A stretch of 60,000 bases of DNA from Camelus ferus (lineage: Eukaryota). Each line of letters opens with the position of its first letter. Position 1 is the first letter of the stretch. Positions 42,001-54,160 of this stretch are shown one piece after another. Below the pieces are notes generated by a model. The model saw only the letters and a program-made list of their open reading frames with translations, did not search any database and had not been told where the DNA came from. Position numbers and translations under genes: made by a program. The DNA lies in the NCBI RefSeq assembly GCF_009834535.1, contig NC_045696.1:70992001-71052000 (forward strand), in the 5' to 3' direction.

Positions 42001-45000
42001 GCTCTCCCATATCCCTCTCCCATATCCCAGGACCCCTACCTTGGCCTTTTCAAAGTCCAGGTCTTTGCCAATGGTGGTGAGCAGACGGCAAAGGCATTCG
42101 AGGGACTCTTCATCATGGTTCTTAAGTAGTTTAACCACACAGTCGTGCATTATCGCCTCCGTTAACATCTTCAGTTTGAACAACTCCCCGATGAACTTTA
42201 TGTTCCCTAAAGAGCGCCGCCGGGCAATGTCTCGAGCCTCTTCTAGCTCTTCCTTCAGGCGTCCCCGTTCCTCTGCCTGCCGGTCATGGGACAGGGATCA
42301 CATCAAAAAGAAACCCAGCCACTCGGCTAAAACCGTTCTCTCCTCCACTAGCTAGATTTCTAAACCTAGCAGCAAGAACTCATGTCCTAAGGCAGAGAAA
42401 CCCCTCAAACACCACTATCCCCACCCCAACTTCTGCAGCTGAGTAACATCTGGGTGGGCAGTGGAATTGGGGGATTTTCTCTCACCGTAGCAGCTTCATC
42501 CATCTCTTTTTGCTTCTTCTCAAAAACCTCATCATCATCTTTGTCCTTTTCAAACTCCTTCTGACATCGATTCAACAACAGTTTCCGGAAGTTCACAGTC
42601 ACTGTTGGCTTTTCTGTAGTGGGCACTTTCAGCTGTATGTCAAAGAGAATGTCACATTCAGACCAGTCCAGGGCAGAGAGAACCCTCCAAGAGTCTCCAA
42701 CTACCTGACCCAGGAAGACCTCTGGCCCTGGCTCTGCCTCCTTCTGGCTGCCACCAACAGCACAGGCTGGAGGAGAACCAAGAAGCTGGACTCAGAGTCT
42801 TAAGAAAAGAAGTGAGAAGCTAGACCACTTAGAAAACAGTGGAAACTAACCGCCATGAGGCAGCGGCACATGTTGGCATAGGCCACAGAGAAGTTGGGCT
42901 CTGAAATGGCCTTCTCGAAGATAAGGTCAATGACCCCTTTGAGGCGTTCCTCAGTGTCGATGGCCAGCTGTGTCACTTGCTTCATCAGCTGCTGGAACAT
43001 CTGGGGTGTCAGCTTATTCAAGATGGAGCGCACCCTGCGGAACAGGTCCTGGGAGGAGAGGGGACAGAGAAGACACAGGATCCAGTGAAGTTCTCAGAAG
43101 AACAGGGGCCACTGGGAGGGATGGAGAGGTTAGTGGGGACTTAGATAGAAACTAGTGATGAGAATGGACAGAGGCAAAGAAGGTAAGGCTGGCTCGGAGG
43201 GCAGACCTCGGGAAAGACATGGAGACCAAAGCACAACTTGCAGGTACCTGGGTTTTGCTACCATCAGCATCCTCTTCCCCTCGGTCCTTATCAGCTGCCG
43301 TCCGCTTGCTGCTGGGTTTCCAGGCCTTCTCAGCTTTGTTCAGCTTTATATCTTCAGTCATTGACACTGTGGCAATAATCTTGCGTGGTTCCTTTCGGGG
43401 CCCCTGCTGAGAGCGCCGGGGTCCCAGACCAGCCTGCTAAGCAAGAAATGGGGAGAAGACACAGAACTAGTTAGCACAACCTGTGACACCACTACCACAC
43501 ACTCCAGGGCAGGCTTCTCCCCACCCCATAATGACATACAGGGAGTCACCACCCCCACTCCCTTTGCCAGTCCCACTCACCGGCCCTCGGGGCAGCTCCC
43601 CACCTGGCCCACCCCTTGGGGGCCCACGGTTGCTAAGGGCTGGTCGGCCAAGGTTGGCAAAGGACGGAGTGAAGTCTGGGCCACAATTTATGCCTTGAAG
43701 TCTAGTAGGATCCAGTGACCGCAATGGTGTCTTATTGGCCTGTGAAAAGGATAGGGAAGGTTATCAGAAACAGGCTAGGGCTACTGACCACTCTTTCAGG
43801 ACCTCAGTCTCCTCCTCAAGCCAGCCAACCAGCCCAAACTCCCCCTTTCCCTCAAGCCTACCAACCTTATCCAACACCACGTCACTGATATGGGGCAATC
43901 CCTCTGGCTTCTGCATACTGGCAAATATGAACTGAAAGCCAAGCAGGAACTCACGGTCATAACGCTTTTTCTCCTCAAGGTTTAGAGGCTTCCACTGATC
44001 TGCAAGGAAAACAGGATGAAGCAATCACACTGTTCTCTCCTGAGGCCCTGACAAGAACACCTAGCCCTTTTCAACCCCTCCTACAGCATACCTGACTTAT
44101 ATTCATACTTCTGTTCCCCGGGCTGAATGTTCTCAGCATTTTGAATCTTGTCTTCCTTTGAGTCCCAGGTCTCATCTGCCTCCTCAGGCCGTGGGGGCAC
44201 ACTGGTGCCCTCAGGCTCGGGGCTGGAATTACTGCCTACAGGAGGCTGATTTTCCACTTCTGGTACTCCTGGGTTCACCTGTAACCATTGGACATTCTGT
44301 TTTGGTTGCAGTGTGACCACTTCCATACTCAAACCTTGCCCTTCTCCCTCTGCTACTTTCTGCTCCCTTACCTCCTTGAAAGCATCCAGAAGGTCTCCTA
44401 CAGTCTCCTTCTTATTGAGCTCCTTAATCTTCCGTCTCCTCTTTGGCACAGATACTGCCACTATTTAGGGGATTAAAAAAAAAAAAAAGGAGTGGGAAGA
44501 ATTTAAGGAATACCCCTAACCCCTGGGAAAAATAAAAAGTAGCCACTGTACAGTAATTCCTTTTTAAGTCTCTAGATTTAAAATCCTTTAATTTAAATTC
44601 CTTAAAAGCCCTTAGGTTCCATTACAGGGCTTCTCTGACCCAGGCACAAAGGCACAAATGGGACATCACCAATGAAGAACAAGAACCCCACCCTCCAACC
44701 TGCCCCACCTCAACCATCCAGCCACACCTTACCTTGGGTGGCTGCCGCCGCCTCCAAATTCTGGGACTGGTGAGCTGGAAGAGGGGTGCTCTCTGGGGGG
44801 AGTGGTTCCTCTCCACCCTTCTCACTCTCAGGTTCTCCTGCTTCTCCTTCTTCTTCCTCTTCTTCCTCTTCCTCCACATCCTCCTCCTGAGCAGGGGAAG
44901 CAGCTGGGGGAGCCACAGCTGGAGTGGCAGCTAGGACAGTAGGGGGAGCCACTGATGCTGTAACCTCCTTGGTCTGATCCTCTGGCTCACTGACCGGGCT

Positions 45001-48000
45001 TAAGTCCACAGCTGGTGGCGAGGGGGCTCCATTGAGCAGTTCCTCGGGTTGGGCAGTTGGAGCAACAGGCATGGGGGATTCAGAAGGACAAACTGAGGGA
45101 GGGAGAGGGGCAAGCTCCGGGCTTGACTCCACCTCTGGTTCCAAATCTTCAGATGGGACCGTGCCATTAGGCTCAGGAAGAATTTCCACCTTGTGAGATG
45201 CCAGGGGGGTGGCAACCTGGAGAGGACTGGAAGGGAACTCAGATTCTGAAACTTGTTTGCTAAGCGTCACTTCTACTTCCAGTATGGGTTCAGCAAGGGG
45301 AGCAGGTTCTGGAGAGAGGCAGTATGGCTCCCCAGGTTCACAGGGCATGGGGGTTGTTGATTCTTCTACAGACATCTGTATCATCCCCGTTGTCATAGTG
45401 TCCCCAGGAATAGACCCCAGGACTGCAACATTAGGCTCAGACCCCGGTTCCAAGATTGGGGGTGGTGATGGGGTCGGAGAAGGTGATGAAGGCTGGGATT
45501 CTGAAGGGCTGTGCTCTGGGCCAGGCAGCCCTGGCCGGTCCCCAATGATTGCTCCCTGCGACCGGTCATCTGCACCACAGGAAGAACGAGTAATTAAAGG
45601 CAAGTCTTTCACTGCTGTTGTTCCTCCTCCCAGTCAAAGCATTCCCAGCCTAACACCTCCTGCTCTGCCACAATCTTCTCCCACCTAGGTCTTTTCCATT
45701 CTCATCTAAAATCCAATCCACCCTCACTCAAAAATCCCATTACCCAAAACCTAAGTCAGCCTTCTCTGGCACCCGGTTCAAGTTGCTCCACTTCCTTGGC
45801 ATTCTAAATTGTTTCACCCCTTTCCCCATTAAAAGCTCTGCCCCATCTGCTTACTTACCTGGCCGGACAATGACAGCAACCTGGGGTGTCTCCCCATTAG
45901 CCTGAGGCTCCAGACCGCCTCCCGTCTGCAGGACACAAAGGGTTACCAAGTTTGCCCTGAAGAGTCCCACAACCCTTCTTTACTAGAGTCATTTCTACTT
46001 TAGCTCTGCCTAGAAATCCAGGAAAGCAGGGAAATAAATCCCTCAGTTGAAGAAAAGATCAAGGAACCTGGGGAGTCCAGGACAGAAAAGCCATCTCAGC
46101 CAGGGCATCACTCAAACAACAGACAGTACCTGGGGAGGAGTGGGTGTGGAGGTGGTGCGGGCCCCAGACATGATCTCCTCTGTGATATCCTTCCCTCCTT
46201 GATTTGGATCTCGAATTCGGATCTGGGAAAAGAAAGCTATGGGATGAGTGGGAAGCAGGAGGAGCCCACCTCTCCACCCTGCCCCACTCCTAAGACTCCA
46301 GGCCAACCCCCCCACCCGCCACCAGGAAGCAGGTGGGTGAGTGCCAGAAACCCCATGAGTTCTACTGTCAACCCATCCAGCTGCTCTTGTAGTCCCTGCC
46401 CTGGCCCCCATCCCTAAGACACCCCTGACCTCACAGAGCAGCCCCGGGCATCACAATGCCCCTCCCTCCCTTAACCCTGCCCCACCAGCAGTCCCCGAGG
46501 CAGTGGCTGCACACCCTGGGGACAAGGACCCCCCTCTAGCACCCATCCAGCTTACTTGTGGCTTGTCTGCCTGATCTCTGGGGGCAGGGCCCAGATCCAG
46601 AGGGTGGAGCCAGGGTGACTCAGCGGCTTCCCCAGCCCTGGCACCCTATTCTGGGCACCACGCCCAGGGCTTGAGGATTGAGCAGAGGCGGAGGCCTCAA
46701 GAGCTTCCAGGACTGGGGGGGGATGGGGGGGTGGGGCCGCAGAAAACAAACCATTTCCAAGGCTAGCCACCAGAAACCCAAAACCAAACTTAGATCTTTC
46801 AGACCCCAGAACCAAGGTCTCTCAGGAATTTCCCCACCAGCTACCTCAATCTTCCCGTGAGCTGCTCCTACACTGAAATCTTAGTTACCTTAAAGAACCT
46901 GAGCACTTCACAGATCCCCATTCTCTGCCTACTCTCACCTGAAGATCTCCCTCAACTTCCTGCTCCCTGACCCACAATGTGCTTGACCTTGATTCTCCCT
47001 TTCCAAGATATCCTAGAGCCCCTTTCTGCTACTCACCGTCTTCCGCTCCCTCTTGGGAGCAATCTGGGGTGGCTGGTTCATCAAAACCGGGGCGGGGGCC
47101 ACACCAGTGGGAAATTGCTGCACACCCTGGGCTGGGTAGTAGGCGCCAGCTTGAGGGGAGAAGAGGGTGGGACACAGAAAGGAAGGACAGTGGCAGTGTC
47201 AGGGCCCAACCACATACAAATGCCTGTTTGAACCCCACCCACCACCCAAGAACCTCTCATCACCCACAGGTGGCCCTGTGCCCTGCCCCACCTCCCTCCC
47301 CAAGGGAACTAGGTGTCTATCAAAGCTGGGGAACCAGTCTGAACTGCGTTTACAAGAATTCCTGACACTGACACACACACACCCCTTGTAGGCAGGCACT
47401 CCTTCCCCACCACACACTAGCTACCAGGACTACGTCTGTTCTTCTTCTACCCCATAAGGTATGGTGTTTGCACCCCACCCCCAGCAACACATACACAAAT
47501 ACTCTGAGAGAGCAACTACTTAACCTGAAACAGAATCAGGTCTTTGGCTGGGAATGATAAAAACAGATTTGCCAACCCTGTTCCATTCAACCTGAGTCCG
47601 GTTCCAGTCTCCAGCCCTTTGCTAAAGGGGCAAGGAAACAAAAAGTAACATTATGAACCGGGCCCAGGATGAGGAAAACTTCCTTAAAGCAATGGTCTCC
47701 AAAATGGGATACATTCTTTAATCTCATCCATAATCTCTACTTGTTTGTTTTTGACAAGCAACATGAGTGTTATTTGTTTAAATTGTGCATACATATAAAC
47801 AAACAAAAGCATACATGTATTACAGGTACATACTCAAAATTTTTCCTGATGATCAAAAAATTTTGGAAACCACTGCCATAAAGAACAGACTAATCCTTTC
47901 CTAGAACATAAATGAAAAACAGCTACAAAAACCTCCCAAATCCATGTTACATCGGTTCCCCCCAACCATGGAATGAGAGTCACAGGAAATATTTATTAAC

Positions 48001-50276
48001 AGGCCCTCAAACTGGTGCCTAATCTATATCCCTTGACACGGGGAGGACTCCAACTCTCAGCAATGGTATAAAATCCCCTTCCCACCAACCCCCCAGTACC
48101 AGTTACATATTAAGCACCAATCCCTACTATCTCTTAACTTTATCATTTTTAGACCAAGAGACAAGCCTGGGAAAGGTCTTAGGAATTAGTAAGCAAGTTT
48201 AAATGCTCCCTGGGACACAGTCTCACCTGACTCCCTCCCCTGCTTACCGTAGGTCCCAAACTCTGTAGGGCTTGCACCTGGATAGAAGCTTGGGGCTCCC
48301 GGCTGCACAGGATACTGCTGTGTCGGGACAACATATGTAGAACGTCCCTGGTGGAGGGGAAGGGGGAGAAGGAGGGGAAAGGAGTTGAGGGAGCTATGAA
48401 TACCACAGACTACAAAGAGAACGTAAGGCAAGACAAGACAAGCCAACTCTGGGTAATGACCAGAAGGAAGTCCCACCTCTCAAGAAGAGATGGGACTAGA
48501 GGGTCAGGGTTGGGGAGGTAAGGATAGGGATACAAGGTTCTGTAGCTTCCAGCCTCACCTGTCCAGGGATGTAGTAGGCCCCCTGGGAGGCTGGGTAGGA
48601 GATCTGGGAAGGGATCATCATTACTTGGGATCCAGCAGGGTAGACATGGGCAGCAGGACCAGGGCGGGCAGGGGCTGCACTCTGCACTCGGGAGGCTGCA
48701 CTGCTCGGGGGCTGGGCCCGGCTAGGGTAGAAGTGCTGTCAGGAGGGAGGAAGGCAGTTGGCATTGGGAAGGGGAGAAAGTGGACAGCAAACTGGCCATT
48801 GCAGTACGTCTGTAGTCTGGAGAGAAGTACCAGGGGCTTCGGAGCATGGGGACCAACACTTCCAAGACCCACTTGACCAACTGATGGTTAAGTGGCCTCT
48901 TGTACTCACATGTGCCCTCCAAATTCAGGTACACACTTCGCACTCTATATTTACTCCCTCCCTACCATGCATACTCACATCACCTCCACCAGGCTATCCG
49001 TCTGCAGAGATTTCCTAACATCCAGACGCATCATGCCTAAGTAAAGCCTCTTTCAGCAACATACTCCCCAGCATGCATTACTCCATCCTAAGGTACTGAG
49101 AAGCTAACCACTAACATGCAACAGTCTCCCAGTTCCCAGGTACACATTCTGCAAGATTTACCCCTAACATGCATTGATCAGCTTCAGACTGAGGACCTGG
49201 ATCGCAAACAAATCCCCACCCTGAGGACCCCCAGTCCCTGTGTCTAGTCCTTGACTAGGGTGGATGATAGGGTGAGACCAGGAGAGAGTCCACGATTAGC
49301 AAAGGGGTATTACCTGCAGAGACCTGAATCCTCCCTGAGAGCACATGGGGACAGGAAAGAAGAGAATTATCCCCAAGGTGATGGGGGGGGGGGGGAATGA
49401 AGGAAGCAGGACAAGAATCCTCTCCCACTTAGTGAGGAAAAATTTAGAGAACAGAGAAAGGCAAGAACCAACTGGAGGGTATCCTGCCATAGTCCAAAGA
49501 GAAAGAAGGGATGGGAATGGAGCAATGGCAACCTCCCAGTAAGAGGAACTAGGAAGCAGGAGTTGGCAGTGGGGCCCAAAGCACTGCTCCCAATTCTCAA
49601 GGCACCAGGACCCCTAGTAATGCCATCCCCACAAACTACGTACTCCCCAAGGGACCATCCACTGTAAATAATCAATAGTGCAAAGTGCAGAGCTGCATGA
49701 AAGAACACATAGCAACTGTCAGGACACTGGGTAGGTACAGGGCCTTCATAGTTTCCATCCTAGGCCCAAACTGGCCTAAGCTTTACATGGCTCCCACCCA
49801 GGCCCCTTACTCCCCTCCCCACAGCCCCTCACCTGGCGGGGCTGAGAAGGCGTGTTCATTTGTGTCGCTTGAGGCGTACTGAACACCACCGGTGCTGTCT
49901 GCCCCGGGGGAAACGCTGGCTGAAGGGGGGGAGACCAGAATTCAGCAAGAGGGGAAACCCGGGTGGGGCAGAAACTCAAGCTGGTGAACTAAGGGGAGCA
50001 GATCCGTGGCAAGAGCCTCTACAGTCCACATGTACCCTCCCCATGACAGCCCCTGGGAACAGCCCAGGGGCCTTGTCTCAATTTGGCAGCAGGAAGCTGC
50101 ACTTTGCCCTGACACAGAAAGGGGTGGGAAAATCCAGAGGCTGAAACCTGTTCCTGACCCAGCTGCCTGGTCTCCCCCACTCCCACCCCAGTCTCTCCTA
50201 ATTCCTCCCTAATTACCTGTGGGAGTCCAGGGGATGGGGCAGGTGGGGGGCCTGTGGGCTGTGGAGCTTTGTTCAT
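33055..50276 (-). CDS. EIF4G1: Eukaryotic translation initiation factor 4 gamma 1 (1605 aa without optional inserts, 31 coding exons)
   Basis: Exons 50276-50217, 49919-49833, 48735-48559, 48347-48248, 47149-47037, 46222-46130, 45925-45859, 45569-44733, 44460-44372, 44278-44092, 43999-43866, 43739-43581, 43433-43248, 43048-42851, 42632-42486, 42276-42040, 41842-41738, 41620-41461, 41257-41157, 40556-40454, 40218-40116, 39891-39659, 39515-39397, 39272-39100, 38779-38654, 38488-38407, 36862-36764, 36654-36520, 36391-36310, 36169-36029, 33239-33055 total 4818 nt. MNKAPQ start, PABP site KRERKTIRIRDP, eIF4E motif YDREFLL, MIF4G/MA3/W2 domains, end EEESDHN*. Confidence 0.98.
34580..35625. mobile_element. 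L2 LINE remnant in EIF4G1 last intron
   Basis: L2-like phrases (CTCCAGCCCTGACCTCT, AAACTCAGCATG, CCTGGGAGTCAT..TGACT, CCTGGCACATA...TTTGCTGAAT). Confidence 0.65.
37497..37670 (+). mobile_element. MER104-like (TcMar) DNA transposon remnant
   Basis: CATTTTAACA...TTTCTTTCTTAG...TATGGTACCTTAGAGTCAATTAAATA resembles the recalled MER104 consensus. Confidence 0.55.
40650..40965 (+). mobile_element. MER58 (hAT-Charlie) DNA transposon
   Basis: ACTTTTCCTGTAAAGGGCTAGATA...ACTACTCAACTCTGCCGCTGCAGCACAAAAGCA...CTTAGCTTGTGGGCTGTACAGAA...GGCTGGATTTGG. Confidence 0.8.
41337..41412 (-). ncRNA. SNORD66: Box C/D snoRNA SNORD66, intronic in EIF4G1
   Basis: TTCCATTGATGACTTC...GGCCACTGAGACCCCATGATGGAACTGAGGATCTGAGGAA: box C TGATGA, D' CTGA, C' TGATGG, D CTGA, terminal TTCC/GGAA stem. 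Ends about 80 nt from the acceptor; EIF4G1 is the known host gene. Confidence 0.95.
41911..41985 (-). pseudogene. Decayed SNORD66 paralog two introns upstream
   Basis: By-hand alignment gives 33/47 identities to the 3' part of SNORD66. D' CTGA retained; C reads TGACAA and D reads CTGT; about 70 nt from the acceptor. Confidence 0.55.
47690..47878. mobile_element. hAT-Charlie-type MITE remnant
   Basis: Imperfect TIRs CAATGGTCTCCAAA ... TTTGGAAACCACTG around an AT-rich interior. Confidence 0.5.
49314..49334 (-). CDS. EIF4G1: EIF4G1 21-nt neuronal microexon (GGFRSLQ)
   Basis: ctcag|GGAGGATTCAGGTCTCTGCAG|gtaat, phase 0. Known eIF4G1 microexon peptide. Confidence 0.9.
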
Positions 50277-50532
50277 TTCATTTGGTGCCACATCAGGGTC
50301 CCCCCAGCACCTGTTGGGAAAGAGTGGAGCTCGGAAAGGGGAAGGGACCCAAGCTTAAGGCAAATGGAATGGGGGAGGGGTTGAAGCAAAGGCTAGGTCC
50401 CACACCGAGCCCCGGAGGTGCCAAGGAGGTGAAGGAGCAGAAGAGATCCAACTTATGTCCCCACCAACACCTTGTCAAACCCGCATCACCTCCAACCACC
50501 CCCCTGATCTGCTGAAACAGACCCTCACTCAC

Positions 50533-50589
50533 CCCCTCGGTTAAGAATAAATCCACGGTGCGGCCTACAGGTTCTGGGCATCCGAGGGC
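50533..50589 (-). other. EIF4G1: EIF4G1 57-nt 5' UTR exon
   Basis: cccag|GCCCTCGGATG...AACCGAGGGG|gtgagt; consensus splice sites between exon 1 and the ATG exon (50310-50217). Confidence 0.7.
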
Positions 50590-51700
50590 CTGGGGTTGGG
50601 AGGTGAGGGGTATCAACCTGGCTCCGCGGGGCCCAAGACCAACCAGACCGGAAATTCCAGGTCTCGCTGGCACCAGGCTCCCGGATCACAAACGGAGCTA
50701 GTAGCTTCGGCCGTGGTGTCCCCACCCCCCACCCGGGGACACCGGGTTCGGGGCCTGGCCCAGGGGCACACAAGGCACGCCTGCCGCGGATGGCTGCGGG
50801 GGCACCCGCGCGAGGCCAGAGGCCAGGCCTGCCGCCGCCCAGCAGTGGAGGCCAGGAAAGGCAGCAGTTGGGCCGTAAGAGGCCAGGCGGGCGGCAGCCG
50901 AAGAGGACCCGCTTTGAAACAAGTGAGGGTCGGCCCGGAGGGCGGGCGGGGCCGGGGGCTCCTCCCTGCCCGCCGCCGCCGTCTCCCTCCCCTGCGCCCT
51001 CCCTGCGCAGCGCCGGCCAGTGCCAAAGAACAACGTGTCACTTCCCGGCGGCCGGGCCGCAAAGGGGGGAGGGGGCGACAGGCCAGGAGCCGCGGTGCCT
51101 GCGCCCGCGGAGCCTCCTCGGGTCGGGCCGAGGTGGCACTTAGCGGCCGGGGAACCCGGCGCCCTCCCAGCCCGCGGGCACCGCATATTCCGGCCCCGCG
51201 CTCCTCCACCCCCACCCAGCAGCCAGGCTGGGCCAGGCCGGGCACACGTGGGCCGGGGATCGGGCCCTGGCGGGCCGGGGCCCGGGCTAGGGCCGCGGGG
51301 CCAGGGCGCCGGGGCGGCGGCGCAGGGTACCCGGTCCCGGCCCGGATGGCGGCGGATGCGGGGGGAGGGGGTGGGGGGGCCGGGTCGGGCCCGGACATGG
51401 CGGCTTTACCTTCAGTCTCCTTCAGTCCGCGCGGCCGAGCCCCACGCAGCCGCACAGACGTAGTCCACAACCATTTCCGGCTCCCCGCACGGATCCCGCT
51501 CGGCGGCCACCGCTTCTCCGCAGGCGCAGCCGGCGCCCCCACGTGACCGGCGCAGAGGGCGGAGCCGCGCCGGGCGCTGCGGAGCACATGGGATTTGCCC
51601 CGCCTCGTCATGTGACAGCCAGTGCCCGCCCCCGTGTCCCCTCCCGAACTTTGGAACTCTCAGACCGACACTCCTCAGCGTCTCTGTTCCGCGGTTCTTT
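50540..51700 (-). promoter_or_regulatory. CpG-island promoter and non-coding exon 1 of EIF4G1
   Basis: Extremely GC- and CpG-rich. Exon 1 donor GAAG|GTAAAG at 51410/51409; YY1-like GCCGCCAT and ETS CCGGAAAT motifs. Confidence 0.85.
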
Positions 51701-52599
51701 ATTTCATTCATACTTTGAGCAAGCATTTATTGAGTGCATACTGCGTGCCAGGCGAAGTCCTGGCTCGGGGCTGAAAATACTGAAATTAAAGACTCAGTGC
51801 TGCTTAAGTAAATAATGGTACGAATACGGAAAGAAATACAAATTAGGCAGCCTTTGAAAATAATGTAGATTAGAACATTGAGAGACCTATTAAACTGAAT
51901 GCTATGCTAAAAGGATGGAAACATTCTAACTAGGGAATTAGTAGATTTGTCTTTTTATAAAGATCAGCCACTCCCAGGGAGGAACTGAAGTCAATCATGG
52001 AAAGTTCACTAGTGAGGGAAGAAGTAATTCCAAAACCCCTCCCTGCCCGGTAGCCAGAAGATTTTGTACGCCTGAAGGGACATACTAGAAGTCAAATGTC
52101 AGAGTCTCAGAGTCAGCCTGGATTTTACTTCAAACTCCGCTATTTATTCTTTGGCGATGTACCCACTACCTGCCTACTTAGAACATGTTGTAAAATGGGA
52201 AGATTTGAAACTAGGCGGTCTGGCTCAAGTCTGAGCTTTTACCCACACGCTTTCACTCTATTGGATTGTGGGGATTAAAGGAGTTAATTCTTGTGAAAGT
52301 GCTTAAAACAGTGCCTAAGTACCTAGTAAAGGCTGTTTTCTTTCTCCTTCCTGCCCCTCCCTTTCTCTCTCTTTGTATATATACACATATAATCTCAGAA
52401 GGAAACATTTTCTCAGCACCAATGATGAATATATATATGACCTTTGTGATCTCATTAAATACTCACAATTTCCTGCGAAATGAATTGTATTATTATTCCC
52501 ACTGTATATGAGTAATTGAAGCTCCAAAGAAAGAGCAAAGTAGGCACATAGAGAAACCCTAATGAGAATGAAAATGCAGGTCTAGAGTGTTCTCTGTGA

Positions 52600-53670
52600 C
52601 ACTCTTCATTTGAGTTCAGTGTCTTAATCATGTATAGCTGGCTCCCTTCTCTACTCTTCTTATTTATCTTTCTCCCTAAGTAAACTAATAAGTGAAAATC
52701 AGTTACTGCCTACAGACCGATTCAACCTACAGAAATCACTCTCAAACTCCAGAACAAGGTACTGCCTAAAAGCCATCTTCACCTAATCACTCTACAGATA
52801 TCTGAAATTGTGTATGCCCAGATAGAAATAAAATTTGTCATCTCTTCTTACTTGATAGAGTCCTCCTTTTGCCTCCAAACGTGTTATTGCTCATGTATTC
52901 TTTTTCAATGAATAGTGCCCAACCAGAAAATCTGGTATTCATCCTACATTCCTTCCCATCCACATGTTACATCTCATCAGACATCAGATCCTATTGGTAT
53001 TTGGATCAAAATCAAGTCCTGTTGATTTTGTCTTTAAAAAAACTCTGCCCTTTCCTTCTGCCCTTTCCCATCTCTCCATTTCTACTGCCCTATTTCAGGC
53101 ATTCATTTCCCTTGCCTGGTCTCCAGGCCTCTGTGGTGAGCTTTCTCACCCAGATAGCTAGCTGGTCATGTCACTTTCCTATTCTCATTCATTGGCCCGA
53201 ATTGAGAGATATTATCAATTTCTTAGTGCAACAAAGCTCTTCCAAATCTGATCTAACTTGATCTGAGCCTGTCTCTGTCTCCCACCACATTTTCCCCTAC
53301 GTCTATATGCTTAGCAAAACCAAATTACCCATGGTTTCTGAAAACAAATAGCTTGTCTGCCTTCTTGCTTTGGCTACTCCTTCAGCTGTATCCTACCCTC
53401 TTTTCCTCTGGATAAACTCATCTTCCTCCGAGAATCAGTTTCCTAAAATAATCTCCCCTCACTTAACCAGGTGCTTAGGCCCTATTTCAATGATCCCAGC
53501 ATATCTTGTTCACACTCCAGAACTGATCACAATTTAATACAATTGTTTTCTTTCCCATTATGTAAGTTTTGTGAGAATAGGATTTGTTTATTCAATATTT
53601 ACACACCACAAACTAGAATAATGTCCAGTGCAGAATAAGTAAGTCTCCGTTGATATTTGTTGCTAAATGA
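52600..53670. mobile_element. L2 LINE remnant, intergenic
   Basis: Pyrimidine-rich L2-like body ending GTTTTGTGAGAATAGGATT...GATATTTGTTGCTAAATGA. Confidence 0.5.
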
Positions 53671-53774
53671 CTTAATGTGAAAGTTAAGAGCCACTGTGAA
53701 AATTTTACTCTAAAGTACAATCAGTGACTCGGAGAGAGAATTATCCTTTTATTTGTCTTTTTTCAGTTTACAAT

Positions 53775-54160
53775 ACTAATTTTTTTCATGTTTTACAACT
53801 TTATTTAGATATGTTACAGACAAACTATACATACTTAAAATGTACAATTTGATGAGTTTTGACAGATACATCACTACCATTAATACAATCAAGATGCTGA
53901 CCAATTCCATCACTCTCAAAAGTTTTCTTCCTTTGTAATCATCTTTCTCTTCACTCCTGTCCACAGATAACCACTGATCTGCTGTTCTGTCACTAGAATT
54001 GAATATAAATGAAAATTTGTATTTATGAACTAATAGAATATGGACTCTCTTTTTTAATCTGGATTCTTTCATGCAGAATAATAAATCTGAGATTCATTCA
54101 TGTTGTTACTTGTGTCACTTGTTTCTTTTTATTGTTGAGGAATGTTCAGTTGCATGGAAA
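53775..54160 (-). mobile_element. L1 (L1MC/MD-like) 3' fragment
   Basis: GTACAATTTGATGAGTTTTGACA...ACCACTGATCTGC...TGAGATTCATTCATGTTGTT: typical reverse-strand old L1 3' end. Confidence 0.8.

Noticed and set aside
50596..51611. 316-aa and 332-aa ORFs on both strands
   Set aside because: Arg/Gly/Pro/Ala-rich products of a stop-poor CpG island with no recognisable domain.
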